Assembly (NCBI GenBank): GCA_003164675.1
Contig: PLTX01000020.1
Span: forward strand, 7,580 to 71,579
Direction of reading: 5' to 3'
DNA: 64,000 nt
Source of the DNA: Verrucomicrobiota bacterium
GTDB taxonomy: Bacteria; Verrucomicrobiota; Verrucomicrobiia; Palsa-1439
The first letter of the stretch is position 1; each line of letters starts with the position of its first letter. The position numbers and the translations under genes are program-made. Shown piece after piece: positions 29,980-39,253 of the stretch. The notes beneath the pieces are model-generated. The model saw only the letters and a program-made list of their open reading frames with translations, did no database searches and was not told the DNA's origin.

Positions 29980-30207
29980 ATGAACAAGCAAGCCGCAGAG
30001 ATGGCCGGCCGCATCCAGCGTGCCGTCAAATCAGGCAAGCTGACAGTCGAGGGAAGCTACACAATTCCCGCACTGGCGGCCGCCATCGGCATGACGCGGG
30101 CGCAATTGCGTCAGGCGGTCAATCGGGAGTTTGGATCGGTCGCAAGCTTCTGCGCGGACCTTGGATTCGGTCATATGATCACCGAGGCAGTCGCAGCGGT
30201 CCAATAG
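29980..30207 (+). CDS. Small hypothetical protein, possibly HTH
   Basis: TIPALAAAIGMTRAQL; GGAG upstream; followed by a hairpin. Confidence 0.55.
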   Translation: MNKQAAEMAGRIQRAVKSGKLTVEGSYTIPALAAAIGMTRAQLRQAVNREFGSVASFCADLGFGHMITEAVAAVQ

Positions 30208-30241
30208 CGGGGGCCGCGCCTCGACATTTCTCGACTCAAAA

Positions 30242-30277
30242 GAAACAGCGATAGCTAAGTTCGGCTATCGCTGTTTC
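30242..30277. terminator. 14-bp-stem hairpin, probable terminator
   Basis: GAAACAGCGATAGC-N8-GCTATCGCTGTTTC. Confidence 0.55.
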
Positions 30278-30602
30278 CCGCTTCGGCATCCCTGGTTCTG
30301 ATGAACATCTTGGCAGAGCCATACGAGCGATGCTTCAGCAATATAAGCCTGATTTGGGAATAACCTAATTATTCCGTGAAGTAAGTTTCCGATGAAAATA
30401 GACAAGGTCTTCTTTTGACACGAGGATGCATTGATTATCGGACCCATTAGACTCAACTCTCACTGAGCGATACCTCCGTCGTCCCGTCCCGCATGTGGAT
30501 TGACTCCTGATCATCATCCACGCACGCCACCGCCTGAGCATATTTGTCCCAAAGATTGGTTATGACAAACAAACCAGTCCTGGTTGCGGCGAGGCTCGCG
30601 AA

Positions 30603-30995
30603 TCAGTAGGCGAGCTTCAACTCGTAGCGCAAGACGTTGTGGCAATGGATCGTGTCGATCGTGGTCTTGTTTTGCCAGCCCTGGCAGGACAGTTCGCCGC
30701 TGACAGTGGTGCGCTTTTGGGCGACCGCGCTGGCGAGTTCCTTGGTCAGATCAAAATCGCCGCGGATGCATTCATCGTTGGGACATCGGAAACGGAACAC
30801 AGACTTGGCGTTCTCGAGGTTGACGACGTATTTGAGCTGACCGTTCTGGGCAACACCTTTTGGGTTGTAGTACCCCACCTTCACGATCAGAGACTTCAAC
30901 TTTTGGAATTTGTCCGCAAGACTGGGTGAGGCTTTCACCCGCTCGCCTTCCTGATCGCGGTATTCCGCTCGTAGACCTATTTTTTGTCGATACAT
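30603..30995 (-). CDS. Hypothetical four-Cys protein
   Basis: FRCPNDECIRGDFDL...SCQGW...HCHN; coding-like bias; promoter upstream. Confidence 0.7.
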   Translation of the reverse strand: MYRQKIGLRAEYRDQEGERVKASPSLADKFQKLKSLIVKVGYYNPKGVAQNGQLKYVVNLENAKSVFRFRCPNDECIRGDFDLTKELASAVAQKRTTVSGELSCQGWQNKTTIDTIHCHNVLRYELKLAY

Positions 30996-31024
30996 AATGG
31001 CAACTTTCCAGACTGAGTATTGGT

Positions 31025-31040
31025 GGCAACTGAAGTTCCA
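31025..31040 (-). promoter_or_regulatory. Putative sigma-54 promoter
   Basis: Minus strand TGGAACTTCAGTTGCC (GG-N10-GC), about 30 bp before ATG 30995. Confidence 0.5.
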
Positions 31041-31278
31041 CAGCTAAACGGAGAGTCGAGGAACAAACACGGCAACGCCGCCGCATTCCACATTAGGCAC
31101 TAGCTTACGCCCAATCGGTAGAATAGCAATCTATTCCTGCCTATCAGAGCATGGGGTGTTCACCCCATTGCGGTTGTTGCCGAACAGGGCATATGTTGCT
31201 GCAGCTTCACAAGATATGGATTTTCACTACGGTTTGGCTGGCCATATGTGGCGATGCCGAAGTCTGGATGAACGACAC

Positions 31279-31587
31279 ATGGCGCTTAATAACATAGGCA
31301 GTATTACCAGCAAGAGAGACCTGGCAATTTTGGGGGTGTTCGCCTGCTCGTTCGCGGCATTGCTCCTGTTTCGCATGAATGTTTGGGGCATTCTTGTCAT
31401 TTCGGCGTTGTTTGTAGGCTACCTATCCTGGGCTGCCACCCAGTTTCTCGTAAGGCAGCACACCTTTAACAGCAGAAGCATTACGGCGTGGGCCTTGCCG
31501 GTGGGCATGGCGGTTTTTAAAGTCCTCTTCTGCCTGGGCTTGGTTTGGCTGGTCGTGTGGCTCGCGCGCCGCTTGTTTGGATTTTAA
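31279..31587 (+). CDS. Small membrane protein
   Basis: About three hydrophobic helices; start uncertain. Confidence 0.55.
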   Translation: MALNNIGSITSKRDLAILGVFACSFAALLLFRMNVWGILVISALFVGYLSWAATQFLVRQHTFNSRSITAWALPVGMAVFKVLFCLGLVWLVVWLARRLFGF

Positions 31588-31620
31588 CTTTCGGGGTAGG
31601 CGGGAACCCGTACAACCTCA

Positions 31621-32028
31621 ATGAGGCACGGTCGAAATGGGGCGGACCGCCTTTGGCGCGGCTTGGGAGATCTTACTACGAAAACGGAAAACACTCTCAC
31701 AGTCAACGAACTCCGCATTCTTCAGGCTGTGGCGGGGCAAGCTCACAGGAATCTGAGGATTCAGGGGCCTAATTCGCCCCCCGCGGGAATGCATGAGACT
31801 GCGTTGGTTGAAAAAACAGGGATACCGCTCGACGAACTTATGACGCTTCGTCGCGACGAGTATGACAGAATCAGGCGAAGCGGCATTGTCCAAAATGTTA
31901 TGCGCGAAGCTACTGGTTGGTTTGACCGATGGCGATCGAAAGGACCGCTTCGGCTATGTGTGGATCACGCCTGCGGGATTGCAGGCATCCCACCCGGTGC
32001 AGTAATCCAAACGGGGCAAGAAACCTAA
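31621..32028 (+). CDS. Hypothetical protein, possibly winged helix
   Basis: LTVNELRILQAV...LVEKTGIPLDEL. Confidence 0.4.
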   Translation: MRHGRNGADRLWRGLGDLTTKTENTLTVNELRILQAVAGQAHRNLRIQGPNSPPAGMHETALVEKTGIPLDELMTLRRDEYDRIRRSGIVQNVMREATGWFDRWRSKGPLRLCVDHACGIAGIPPGAVIQTGQET

Positions 32029-32057
32029 AAACGCCGCGGATGTACGAAACAAACGTG

Positions 32058-32366
32058 ATGATCAAGAGCATATCGAAGGTAGAAATGGGCCAGTTTCTTC
32101 CACGTCGATTTTACATCGATCGATTCATTGGGGCGGAAGCGGAATGGTTCTCGGATGCGGTGGGAAACATCATCGGCACCATCGCCAAGGGAACGACGAA
32201 CCTGCCCTGGGGTTACGTCATATTGAGACGCGATGACGGGGGCCGGTATCAATTCTGGGACATGGAGACGAGGATCGAAAGTTGCGATGCCGCGCGGATC
32301 CAGATTGTCCGGACCATGGAAGCAACCCAGAAGGACGGCCAGAACTGTTCCCCTGTGGTGGGCTGA
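32058..32366 (+). CDS. Unknown small protein, tandem paralog 1
   Basis: EAEWFSDAVGNIIGTIA...WGYVILRRD...DAAR. Confidence 0.8.
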   Translation: MIKSISKVEMGQFLPRRFYIDRFIGAEAEWFSDAVGNIIGTIAKGTTNLPWGYVILRRDDGGRYQFWDMETRIESCDAARIQIVRTMEATQKDGQNCSPVVG

Positions 32367-32385
32367 GACTCCGGTGTAAGGACCT

Positions 32386-32700
32386 ATGCGAATCAAGAAC
32401 ATATGCCGACCGAAATTTGAACGGTTCCTGCAGTTTCATGCCATTCTGGAGACGGCCATCGGCAAGGAGGTCGAATGGTTTAGTGATCCCGTGGAGAATA
32501 CGATTGGCACGATCGCCTTCTGTCAGGGCCAACGGGGCTGGAACTATGCCGTTCTGAGGCGGGATTGGACGGGTGACTTTCAAGTCTGCGACCTGGGAGC
32601 GAACCTGTATAGCCTTGACGCTGCCAGAGTTGACTTTCGACGAGCGATGGCAGGGGCGGAAAACACCGAACCTTCAATCTTTCCACGCAACTCGGAATAA
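32386..32700 (+). CDS. Unknown small protein, tandem paralog 2
   Basis: EVEWFSDPVENTIGTIA...WNYAVLRRD...DAAR. Confidence 0.8.
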   Translation: MRIKNICRPKFERFLQFHAILETAIGKEVEWFSDPVENTIGTIAFCQGQRGWNYAVLRRDWTGDFQVCDLGANLYSLDAARVDFRRAMAGAENTEPSIFPRNSE

Positions 32701-32880
32701 GGGGTCATCGGTTGAACGATTGCCGAATATACTTTGCGAAACAACTCGCTATTCGCGGAATGAGGCTTACGCTGAACCCGGGTCTCAGCGAGCTGTCACA
32801 CTCCGACCACATTCTACAGCGACACGATGCAGCCAGACGGCGCAACCCAACCTCAACCGTCGCTGCTGAGAAAGGCACTT

Positions 32881-33216
32881 ATGCCATTTGAAAGCATCAG
32901 CCGGCAAAGATTCGATGCGTTCCAACCGCCCCATCTGATTTTGCAAAGACTAACGGTGGAACAGGTCGAATGGTTCACCAACACGGTGGGAAATATCATC
33001 GGCACCATTGCCGGGAAGGTGGACAACGGCTGGAGTTACGCCGTCTTGAAAGGCGACCGAAACGGCAATTATCGAGTCTGCACTCTGGGAGGAGACACCT
33101 TCAGTTTGAGGGCCGCGCGCTCTCGGTTCCTGCTGGATATGGAAGCGGCTGAGAAAGCTGAGGAGGAACTGGCGCGCCTGGAGAGAAGAAAGACGGTGGC
33201 GAACCCACGACCATGA
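32881..33216 (+). CDS. Unknown small protein, tandem paralog 3
   Basis: QVEWFTNTVGNIIGTIA...WSYAVLKGD...RAAR. Confidence 0.8.
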   Translation: MPFESISRQRFDAFQPPHLILQRLTVEQVEWFTNTVGNIIGTIAGKVDNGWSYAVLKGDRNGNYRVCTLGGDTFSLRAARSRFLLDMEAAEKAEEELARLERRKTVANPRP

Positions 33217-33440
33217 AGCAAAAAACAGAACAGGTGAAACCGCTCAGCGAACGAGAAGTTCAAGCGTTCCTCAATGATGACCGTGAGTTGTCGGAGCAAG
33301 GCAGTATCCAGTGGCGGAGAGACGGCATATGGCGTTGGGTCAGTTCCGACGGGTTGGCGTTCGCTGCTTCAGACGGCAGAACCGTCGACATCAGCCGAAC
33401 CGCCAATGCGGAAACGGTAACGGTTTTGCTCCCCCATTGA
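33213..33440 (+). CDS. Small hypothetical protein
   Basis: ATGA overlap with paralog 3. Confidence 0.55.
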   Translation: MKQKTEQVKPLSEREVQAFLNDDRELSEQGSIQWRRDGIWRWVSSDGLAFAASDGRTVDISRTANAETVTVLLPH

Positions 33441-33594
33441 ACATGACGGACAGACAGCTGTCAAAGACGACCGGGTACGGCACGACCGCGCTTCGAATCG
33501 AATCCAGCCCGGTTGCATCCAAAATACGTGACGGGTCGCGGACGCCGTTTTCCCAATTGACGTGGGTCTGACTCAGGCTCCGAAGGAACATTTT

Positions 33595-34449
33595 ATGGTT
33601 ACGGATCGATACAACGAAAGCAGCGATACCATCCAGCTCTACATGCGGGAGATTGGAAGGACGCCGTTGTTGACGCGCGCGGAGGAGATGAAACTGGCTT
33701 CGCGAGTCCGTCGAGGCGACAAGCAGGCGCGCGAACGGATGATCAAAGCCAATCTGCGCCTCGTCGTAAAAATCTCCTATGACTACGCCAATTTCGGAAT
33801 GCCGCTGCTCGACTTGATCAACGAAGGCAACATCGGCCTGATGAAAGCCGTCGAGCGATTTAATCCAAAGAAAGGCGCCAAGCTTTCCACGTATGCCGCG
33901 TTGTGGATCAAGCAGTCCATCCGCCGCGCCCTGTCGAACCAGTCCAAGACGATCCGCCTGCCCGTTCACGTTGTGGATAAGGTTCACAAATTGCATCGCG
34001 CGAGTGTCGAACTCACCGAGACGCTTGGCCGCGAGCCAAGCGATGCCGAGTTGGCCAAGCGGCTGGGCCTGTCGCCGGCCAAGGTGGCCCAGCTTCGCGC
34101 GTGCGGCGTAAGCCCCGTTAGCCTCGATGCTGCGATCGGGGATGAGGACGACAATCGATTCAGCGACATTGTCGAGGACGAGGGCGCGATGACTCCGTAC
34201 GAGCTGCTTCGGGTCAAGACGATGCGGCAGGAAATCCGCCAGCACGTCAAGTACCTGACGCCGCGCGAGGCAGAAATCATCACCATGCGTTTCGGACTGG
34301 ACGGGAAGGAATCGCGTACACTGGACGAAGTGGGGAGGAAATTCAAGGTGACCCGCGAACGCATCCGCCAGATCCAGGGAATCGCGCTTGGCAAACTTCG
34401 CCGCCGGGTTGAGGCACTCGACAAGGGCGACCTCATTGGCAAATCGTGA
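33595..34449 (+). CDS. Sigma-70 family factor, RpoD/RpoS-like, lacking region 1.1
   Basis: LYMREIGRTPLL, ANLRLVV, DLINEGNIGLMKAVERF, IRLPVH, TLDEVG...TRERIRQI. Confidence 0.95.
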   Translation: MVTDRYNESSDTIQLYMREIGRTPLLTRAEEMKLASRVRRGDKQARERMIKANLRLVVKISYDYANFGMPLLDLINEGNIGLMKAVERFNPKKGAKLSTYAALWIKQSIRRALSNQSKTIRLPVHVVDKVHKLHRASVELTETLGREPSDAELAKRLGLSPAKVAQLRACGVSPVSLDAAIGDEDDNRFSDIVEDEGAMTPYELLRVKTMRQEIRQHVKYLTPREAEIITMRFGLDGKESRTLDEVGRKFKVTRERIRQIQGIALGKLRRRVEALDKGDLIGKS

Positions 34450-34767
34450 CCGCCTTGGCCGGGCGCAGTGATTCCGAAGCCGGGGTCAAACGCGATTCAT
34501 ACTCCCACGATGCTCGTCTCCTGGTTGCGGCAAACCTTGCCATAGAGTGAACCGGTTGCTTCCTTCGCCATGTCGGGAGCGTAGTCAGTCAGTGCCGCTT
34601 CGACGAGCGCGGCATCTCATGCGAGGAATCAAAGCTGGACATCACTCTTCTCCGACGGGCGGGCAGAAGAGATTGTTTGAGAAATCGCTAGGTTATTCCG
34701 TCGTTGGGGGTATGGTGGATCAGTTTCAGCGAGCTGCTTCACTCCGACCAGACCTCGCAGCACTGCG

Positions 34768-35220
34768 GTGCAGGAAGGCAGCACGGCGCAACAACAAACA
34801 TCGCTGCCAGAGGAGATTCTTGTGGCCATCAGCCAGATCAGCAGAGAGGACTTTAATCGGTTCTTCAACGAGAAGTATACGCTCGCATGTGGATTACTGG
34901 ATTGCGAGGCATTCAAATCGTGGCACACGCCGTCCAGGAGCGAGTGGCGTGATGTGTTGACCACGATCACCAAGATGCTCAAAAAGTGCGACTGGCCGTT
35001 GTACGAAGTCAGACGCGAGGGCGATGACGCGTCGTCCATGTATGTCACGAACACCGGCTTGATGATGAACGCCGTCCACAACCTGCTGGATGCATTGAAC
35101 GGTTACAATGTGGCATCCGTGCCGTCGCCGGGACAGTGGGGTGACATCATGCGGGTGGTGGATGAAACCACCGAGCGTCGCGACGTGATTGACCGGGCGG
35201 GATCGGAAGGAATGAAATGA
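34768..35220 (+). CDS. Hypothetical protein with internal two-fold repeat
   Basis: LLD...PSRSEWRDVL and LLD...PSPGQWGDIM; ATGA-coupled to next ORF. Confidence 0.5.
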   Translation: MQEGSTAQQQTSLPEEILVAISQISREDFNRFFNEKYTLACGLLDCEAFKSWHTPSRSEWRDVLTTITKMLKKCDWPLYEVRREGDDASSMYVTNTGLMMNAVHNLLDALNGYNVASVPSPGQWGDIMRVVDETTERRDVIDRAGSEGMK

Positions 35221-35438
35221 CCAACGAAACCAATGTCAGCGTCAGTGAACCAGTTGTCCGTGAAACGGTCTTCCGCTTTACGGCCACCGGTGGCGGCCTG
35301 CTGATTCATCGAATTGCGGAGATTGAAAAGCTGGCACTGAGCAATCTGCAAGGCGGGAAATCGCTCGACCGTGTCGTCACCGGGGCGTTGGCGTCGTTGC
35401 AAGATGCTTGTCGGGACGCGCGGGCTGCTATCTCGTAG
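35217..35438 (+). CDS. Small hypothetical protein
   Basis: Coupled to upstream ORF. Confidence 0.45.
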   Translation: MTNETNVSVSEPVVRETVFRFTATGGGLLIHRIAEIEKLALSNLQGGKSLDRVVTGALASLQDACRDARAAIS

Positions 35439-35655
35439 GCAAGGGGAGCCCGAGCCGAAACGTCTTGAACGCAGAAGCATTATGATCGAGCGCGCGCTTT
35501 GCCGATTGCGTCTTACTGTGCCAGTCCACGCCACCCTCAACAGCCGAGGTGGGAGTTCTGAAGAATGCTATTTCTTTTGGGTCTTGAGTTTGATCATAGA
35601 GGGAAACTCGTAGACGATCCCCATCGCCCAACTGCACAACCTGTTTCTGTGCCAT
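35428..35655 (-). CDS. Small hypothetical protein
   Basis: AAGGAGG 4 nt before ATG 35655. Confidence 0.4.
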   Translation of the reverse strand: MAQKQVVQLGDGDRLRVSLYDQTQDPKEIAFFRTPTSAVEGGVDWHSKTQSAKRALDHNASAFKTFRLGLPLPTR

Positions 35656-35712
35656 ACAACCTCCTTGGTCGTCGCCAGAGTGCCTCACTTCACTCTTGCA
35701 TTCAAGTTTGAC

Positions 35713-35969
35713 GGACTACTAGTGTACGACGAAACAAAGGTCGTCAGCGCGATCAACGCAACGTTGTGCACATTCGACTACCTTGATATCGACCGACTAT
35801 ATTTCAGTTCGTATGGGGGTCAAGCCGTCGGATTTGGCCAAGGTGGTGGTGGTGGGGATTCGTCATGGACGATTTCATGTTCGAATTCATTCCCGAGCCA
35901 TCGTCGCTGCTGCTCACTACCCTCGGCGTGGTGACCCTCTGGGCCTCCGTCAAGCGCAAGCGAACGTAA
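35713..35969 (+). pseudogene. Truncated, frameshifted PEP-CTERM protein gene
   Basis: ...TFDYLDIDRLYFSSYGG..., frameshift near 35851-35858, then FVMDDFMFEFIPEPSSLLLTTLGVVTLWASVKRKRT*. Confidence 0.8.
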
Positions 35970-36155
35970 CCTGATCTATGGTTGCCAGTGCTGCCCCACC
36001 GCCTCCGCACACATTGATCAGGCCAGCAGACTGATAAGCAAAGCTCGACGGGCTGGGCCTGCACATTCATAGAAGGGCCGCCCCTTGACTCTTGACAGCG
36101 AAGCGGCATCGCGGAAACGGGGCCGGGTCTCAACCTCAAACATGCCGCCTGCGAC

Positions 36156-37721
36156 TCACTCGGGCTTGCGCGCGTAGATGGCGGTAACGTCATCGGCATA
36201 GGCCAGGGTCCAATCCTTCCGTAACGAGAACAGCACATTCAGCGGATGCGCGCGCGGAAGAATCGTCCAGCCGACATCGTATTTGTGCAGGACCGTTTCC
36301 CAATTGGTTCCAACCGTGTTCACGCTGCTGAACTCGCGGACGAGATCGGGGCCGTAGAAGTCGTTGCGACCATCCACGAAAACCCGGTGGGCCGGCATCG
36401 TCAGCATGAGGTAGCCTCCCCAACCGTAGTCGTTGAACATTTCGCCACGGACGGCTTGAGGATGGGCCGTCACGAACTGGACTGCGGCGACGGGGAAGCG
36501 GTTGGAAAGCACGTCGGTGGTGATCGCGGGCTTGCCGCCAACCAGATTTGGTTTGGCCAGGACCGCCACGAGCGCAAGGAGTGCCACCGCGACCGTCGCC
36601 CGGCCATCTGCGGTGCGATTCCGCGTGGTCACGTTCTCCGAGAGTCGGCGATAGAAATTGAGCAAGCGGCCGGGCCTGGCGTTTGCGAGGCCGTCCTGCC
36701 ATTGCTTTGCGAGGATGGGGGTGACGACCAGCGCGAAGATCGGTATATTGCGCGCAGCCAAAAGGGCCAGCAATCCCCACGTGCCCATGACAACGACGTC
36801 GGTTGGGCGCATCACCGGCCGCAGAAACACCAACGTCAGCCCGATCACCGCGAACTCGATCAGGAGTCCGTGCGCGGCAGCGGAGTGGAAATCCGGGGAG
36901 CGAAACTCGTTCGTGTAGTGGGCGAGCACGGGGTTTAGGAGGAATTCGACAACATGCGCCGGGAGCTGCCAACCGTTCGGATTGAGAAGTGTGACCAGCG
37001 CGCAACAGATCAGCAGTAACCCGAGGCCAATGAGCTTGCTTCGGATTGCGGGCCGGGCATCGGCCCGGGCTGTGATCAATGTGATGGCATTGCCGACAAC
37101 GAACGTGGTGGTGATGACGAAACCCGTGAAGAACGCGCCGTGCAGATTCACCCACAACGCCATCAGCGGCACGAGCCGCCAAAGCAACGAGCGCGTTCCC
37201 AGTTGTCCCCGGTCAAAACGCCGCAGATAGCCGGAGAAAATGACGGTGAGCAAGAGCGTAAACAGGTGCGGTCGGGCCAACCAATGCACCGTGCCGGCCA
37301 TTGCCGCGACCAATGTCAGCGCGGTGGCGGGCAAGAGGCCAATTCCTTCTGATAGTAGTTGTCGGTGCAAGAGCCACAGACAGGTTGCGATCAGCACCGC
37401 GGCCAACAGCGCAATGCCGTTCCACCCCAACGCGTCACCGGCGGCGGCAAACAACACCTCGCTCAACCACTCTTTGGAGATCAGTGGCGCGTTGGCCCGC
37501 GTATGGGAAAACACGTCGGCGCGAATCACGGCGTGGTGTTCGATCATCCAGTTGCCAATGCGCCAATGCAGGCACGCGTCGCCATCGGAGTTGATCATCA
37601 CCACGCGCCACTGTGACAACATCAGCCCCAGCACGAAGATCAGCCACAACGACAACCCGATGGTTGGCAGCCACCGAGAGCGTGGCGGGGACGATTGATC
37701 CTGGAGGGGGGCGTCGGTCAT
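36156..37721 (-). CDS. Polytopic membrane protein, GT-C-like (paralog C)
   Basis: DGDACLHWRIG, DVFSHT, KEWLSE, RPHLF, WVNLHGAF, FNDYGWGGYL, FVDGRNDFYG; ATGA overlap. Confidence 0.8.
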   Translation of the reverse strand: MTDAPLQDQSSPPRSRWLPTIGLSLWLIFVLGLMLSQWRVVMINSDGDACLHWRIGNWMIEHHAVIRADVFSHTRANAPLISKEWLSEVLFAAAGDALGWNGIALLAAVLIATCLWLLHRQLLSEGIGLLPATALTLVAAMAGTVHWLARPHLFTLLLTVIFSGYLRRFDRGQLGTRSLLWRLVPLMALWVNLHGAFFTGFVITTTFVVGNAITLITARADARPAIRSKLIGLGLLLICCALVTLLNPNGWQLPAHVVEFLLNPVLAHYTNEFRSPDFHSAAAHGLLIEFAVIGLTLVFLRPVMRPTDVVVMGTWGLLALLAARNIPIFALVVTPILAKQWQDGLANARPGRLLNFYRRLSENVTTRNRTADGRATVAVALLALVAVLAKPNLVGGKPAITTDVLSNRFPVAAVQFVTAHPQAVRGEMFNDYGWGGYLMLTMPAHRVFVDGRNDFYGPDLVREFSSVNTVGTNWETVLHKYDVGWTILPRAHPLNVLFSLRKDWTLAYADDVTAIYARKPE

Positions 37722-39253
37722 GACACACGCGAGAAAACGAGCGTCAATTGGTTCGAGTACACCAGCGTCCATTGCGGGCTGAATTCCAGAATTCGATTCA
37801 GCGGATGTTGCACGGGCAGGATCGTCCAGCCGACGTCATACTTCCCGAACACGGCTTCCCATCCCAGCTTCGGCTCGTCAGCGGTGCGAAATTCGTGGAA
37901 CAGATCAATGCCGTAGGAATAGTTGCGGCTGTCGATGAAGGGTTTTCGTTGCGGAAGGGCGAACTCGATGTAGCCACCCCAAAGGAAGTAGTTGAACATT
38001 TCTCCGCGGACCACGTCGGGGTGCATGCGCACGTAATCAAGGGCGGCAACCGGGTAACGGTCGGGCGGAAAACCAGTCGGAAACAGGGGCGCGCCACCGG
38101 CGATCCCGGGTTTGGCCAGCACCAACAGCACACCAACTGCAGCAATCGCGATGACGGTGGCATCGGCCTTGTGGCCGGTATTGGGTATCCCAACGGTCCA
38201 ATCACGGTATCGTCGAACCCACGCGGAGTCCTGATTGGCCCGCGTGAACTCCGTAAACCATTGTGCGAGTATCGGGGTCACGACCAGTGCGAAAATGGGC
38301 ACGTTGCGCGCCGAGAGCAGGGCAAAATAACCCCACCCGCCAATGACCAGGACATCCGTCGCATTCAGTTTCGGACGACTAATGATCAACCCGGTTGCCA
38401 GCAATAACAGCAATAGCAGAAACCCGTGCATGCCCGTGGTGTGGAAGTTGGGCGAACCAAATTCAGTGGTCACGGTTGAAAGCTCGCGCGATCCCAGGAA
38501 GCTCACAATCTGCGCAGGCAACCTCCAACCGACCGGGTTTATCAAACAAGCGGCGCCGCAAATCGCAAACAGTGCGGCAAGCTGTTTGAGTTTGGCCTGC
38601 GAAGCAGATTGACGCCATGCATCAATCGCGCTGCCGACCGCGTACATGGCGATCAACACCAGACCCGTCGGAAACGCACCATGCAAGTTCGCCCACAGCA
38701 CCATCAGCGGCGGAAGAAGCACGAACAATCGACGCGCGGGAATGCGCCCCTGCTGAAACCATCGCAATTGCCAGGCGAATACCAGGGTCAGGAGATGCGT
38801 GAACAAGAGCGGTCGCGCCAGCCAGTGCATCGAGCAGGCGAACATCGCCGCCAATACCAGGACAGTTGCGAGCGCCGCGCGGCAGCCTTCCGCCAGCAGT
38901 TGGCGATGGAGCAACCAGAAGCAGGTGGCGATGAGCGATGCCGCCAGCAACACGACACCGTTCCAGCCGAACCATTGGCCGGCAGCGGCCACGAGCACCT
39001 CACTGAGCCATTCCTTGGCCATGGATGGCCCGTGGTACGTGTGCAGCAGATTGTCTTCGCGTACGATGGCGTGGTGTTGGATCATCCAGTCGCCGAGCCG
39101 TTGATGCAGCGCGGGGTCGCTGTCCCCGCTGATGAGCACGATTCGGGCGCTGGTGAAATTCAGACCCAGAAACAGAATCACCCAGAGCAAAGCGCTGAGG
39201 GAAGGAAGCCACCAGCGCCGTTGCGCATCGGGATGGGGTGAAGCTGGGTTCAC
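37718..39253 (-). CDS. Polytopic membrane protein, GT-C-like (paralog B)
   Basis: DSDPALHQRLG, KEWLSE, WANLHGAF, FNYFLWGGYI; GTGA overlap. Confidence 0.8.
   Translation of the reverse strand: MNPASPHPDAQRRWWLPSLSALLWVILFLGLNFTSARIVLISGDSDPALHQRLGDWMIQHHAIVREDNLLHTYHGPSMAKEWLSEVLVAAAGQWFGWNGVVLLAASLIATCFWLLHRQLLAEGCRAALATVLVLAAMFACSMHWLARPLLFTHLLTLVFAWQLRWFQQGRIPARRLFVLLPPLMVLWANLHGAFPTGLVLIAMYAVGSAIDAWRQSASQAKLKQLAALFAICGAACLINPVGWRLPAQIVSFLGSRELSTVTTEFGSPNFHTTGMHGFLLLLLLLATGLIISRPKLNATDVLVIGGWGYFALLSARNVPIFALVVTPILAQWFTEFTRANQDSAWVRRYRDWTVGIPNTGHKADATVIAIAAVGVLLVLAKPGIAGGAPLFPTGFPPDRYPVAALDYVRMHPDVVRGEMFNYFLWGGYIEFALPQRKPFIDSRNYSYGIDLFHEFRTADEPKLGWEAVFGKYDVGWTILPVQHPLNRILEFSPQWTLVYSNQLTLVFSRVS

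Noticed and set aside
30280-30600. AT-rich stretch with short ORFs
   Set aside because: No recognisable product or structure.
29980-35655. Prophage
   Set aside because: No structural, terminase, integrase or replication genes recognised.
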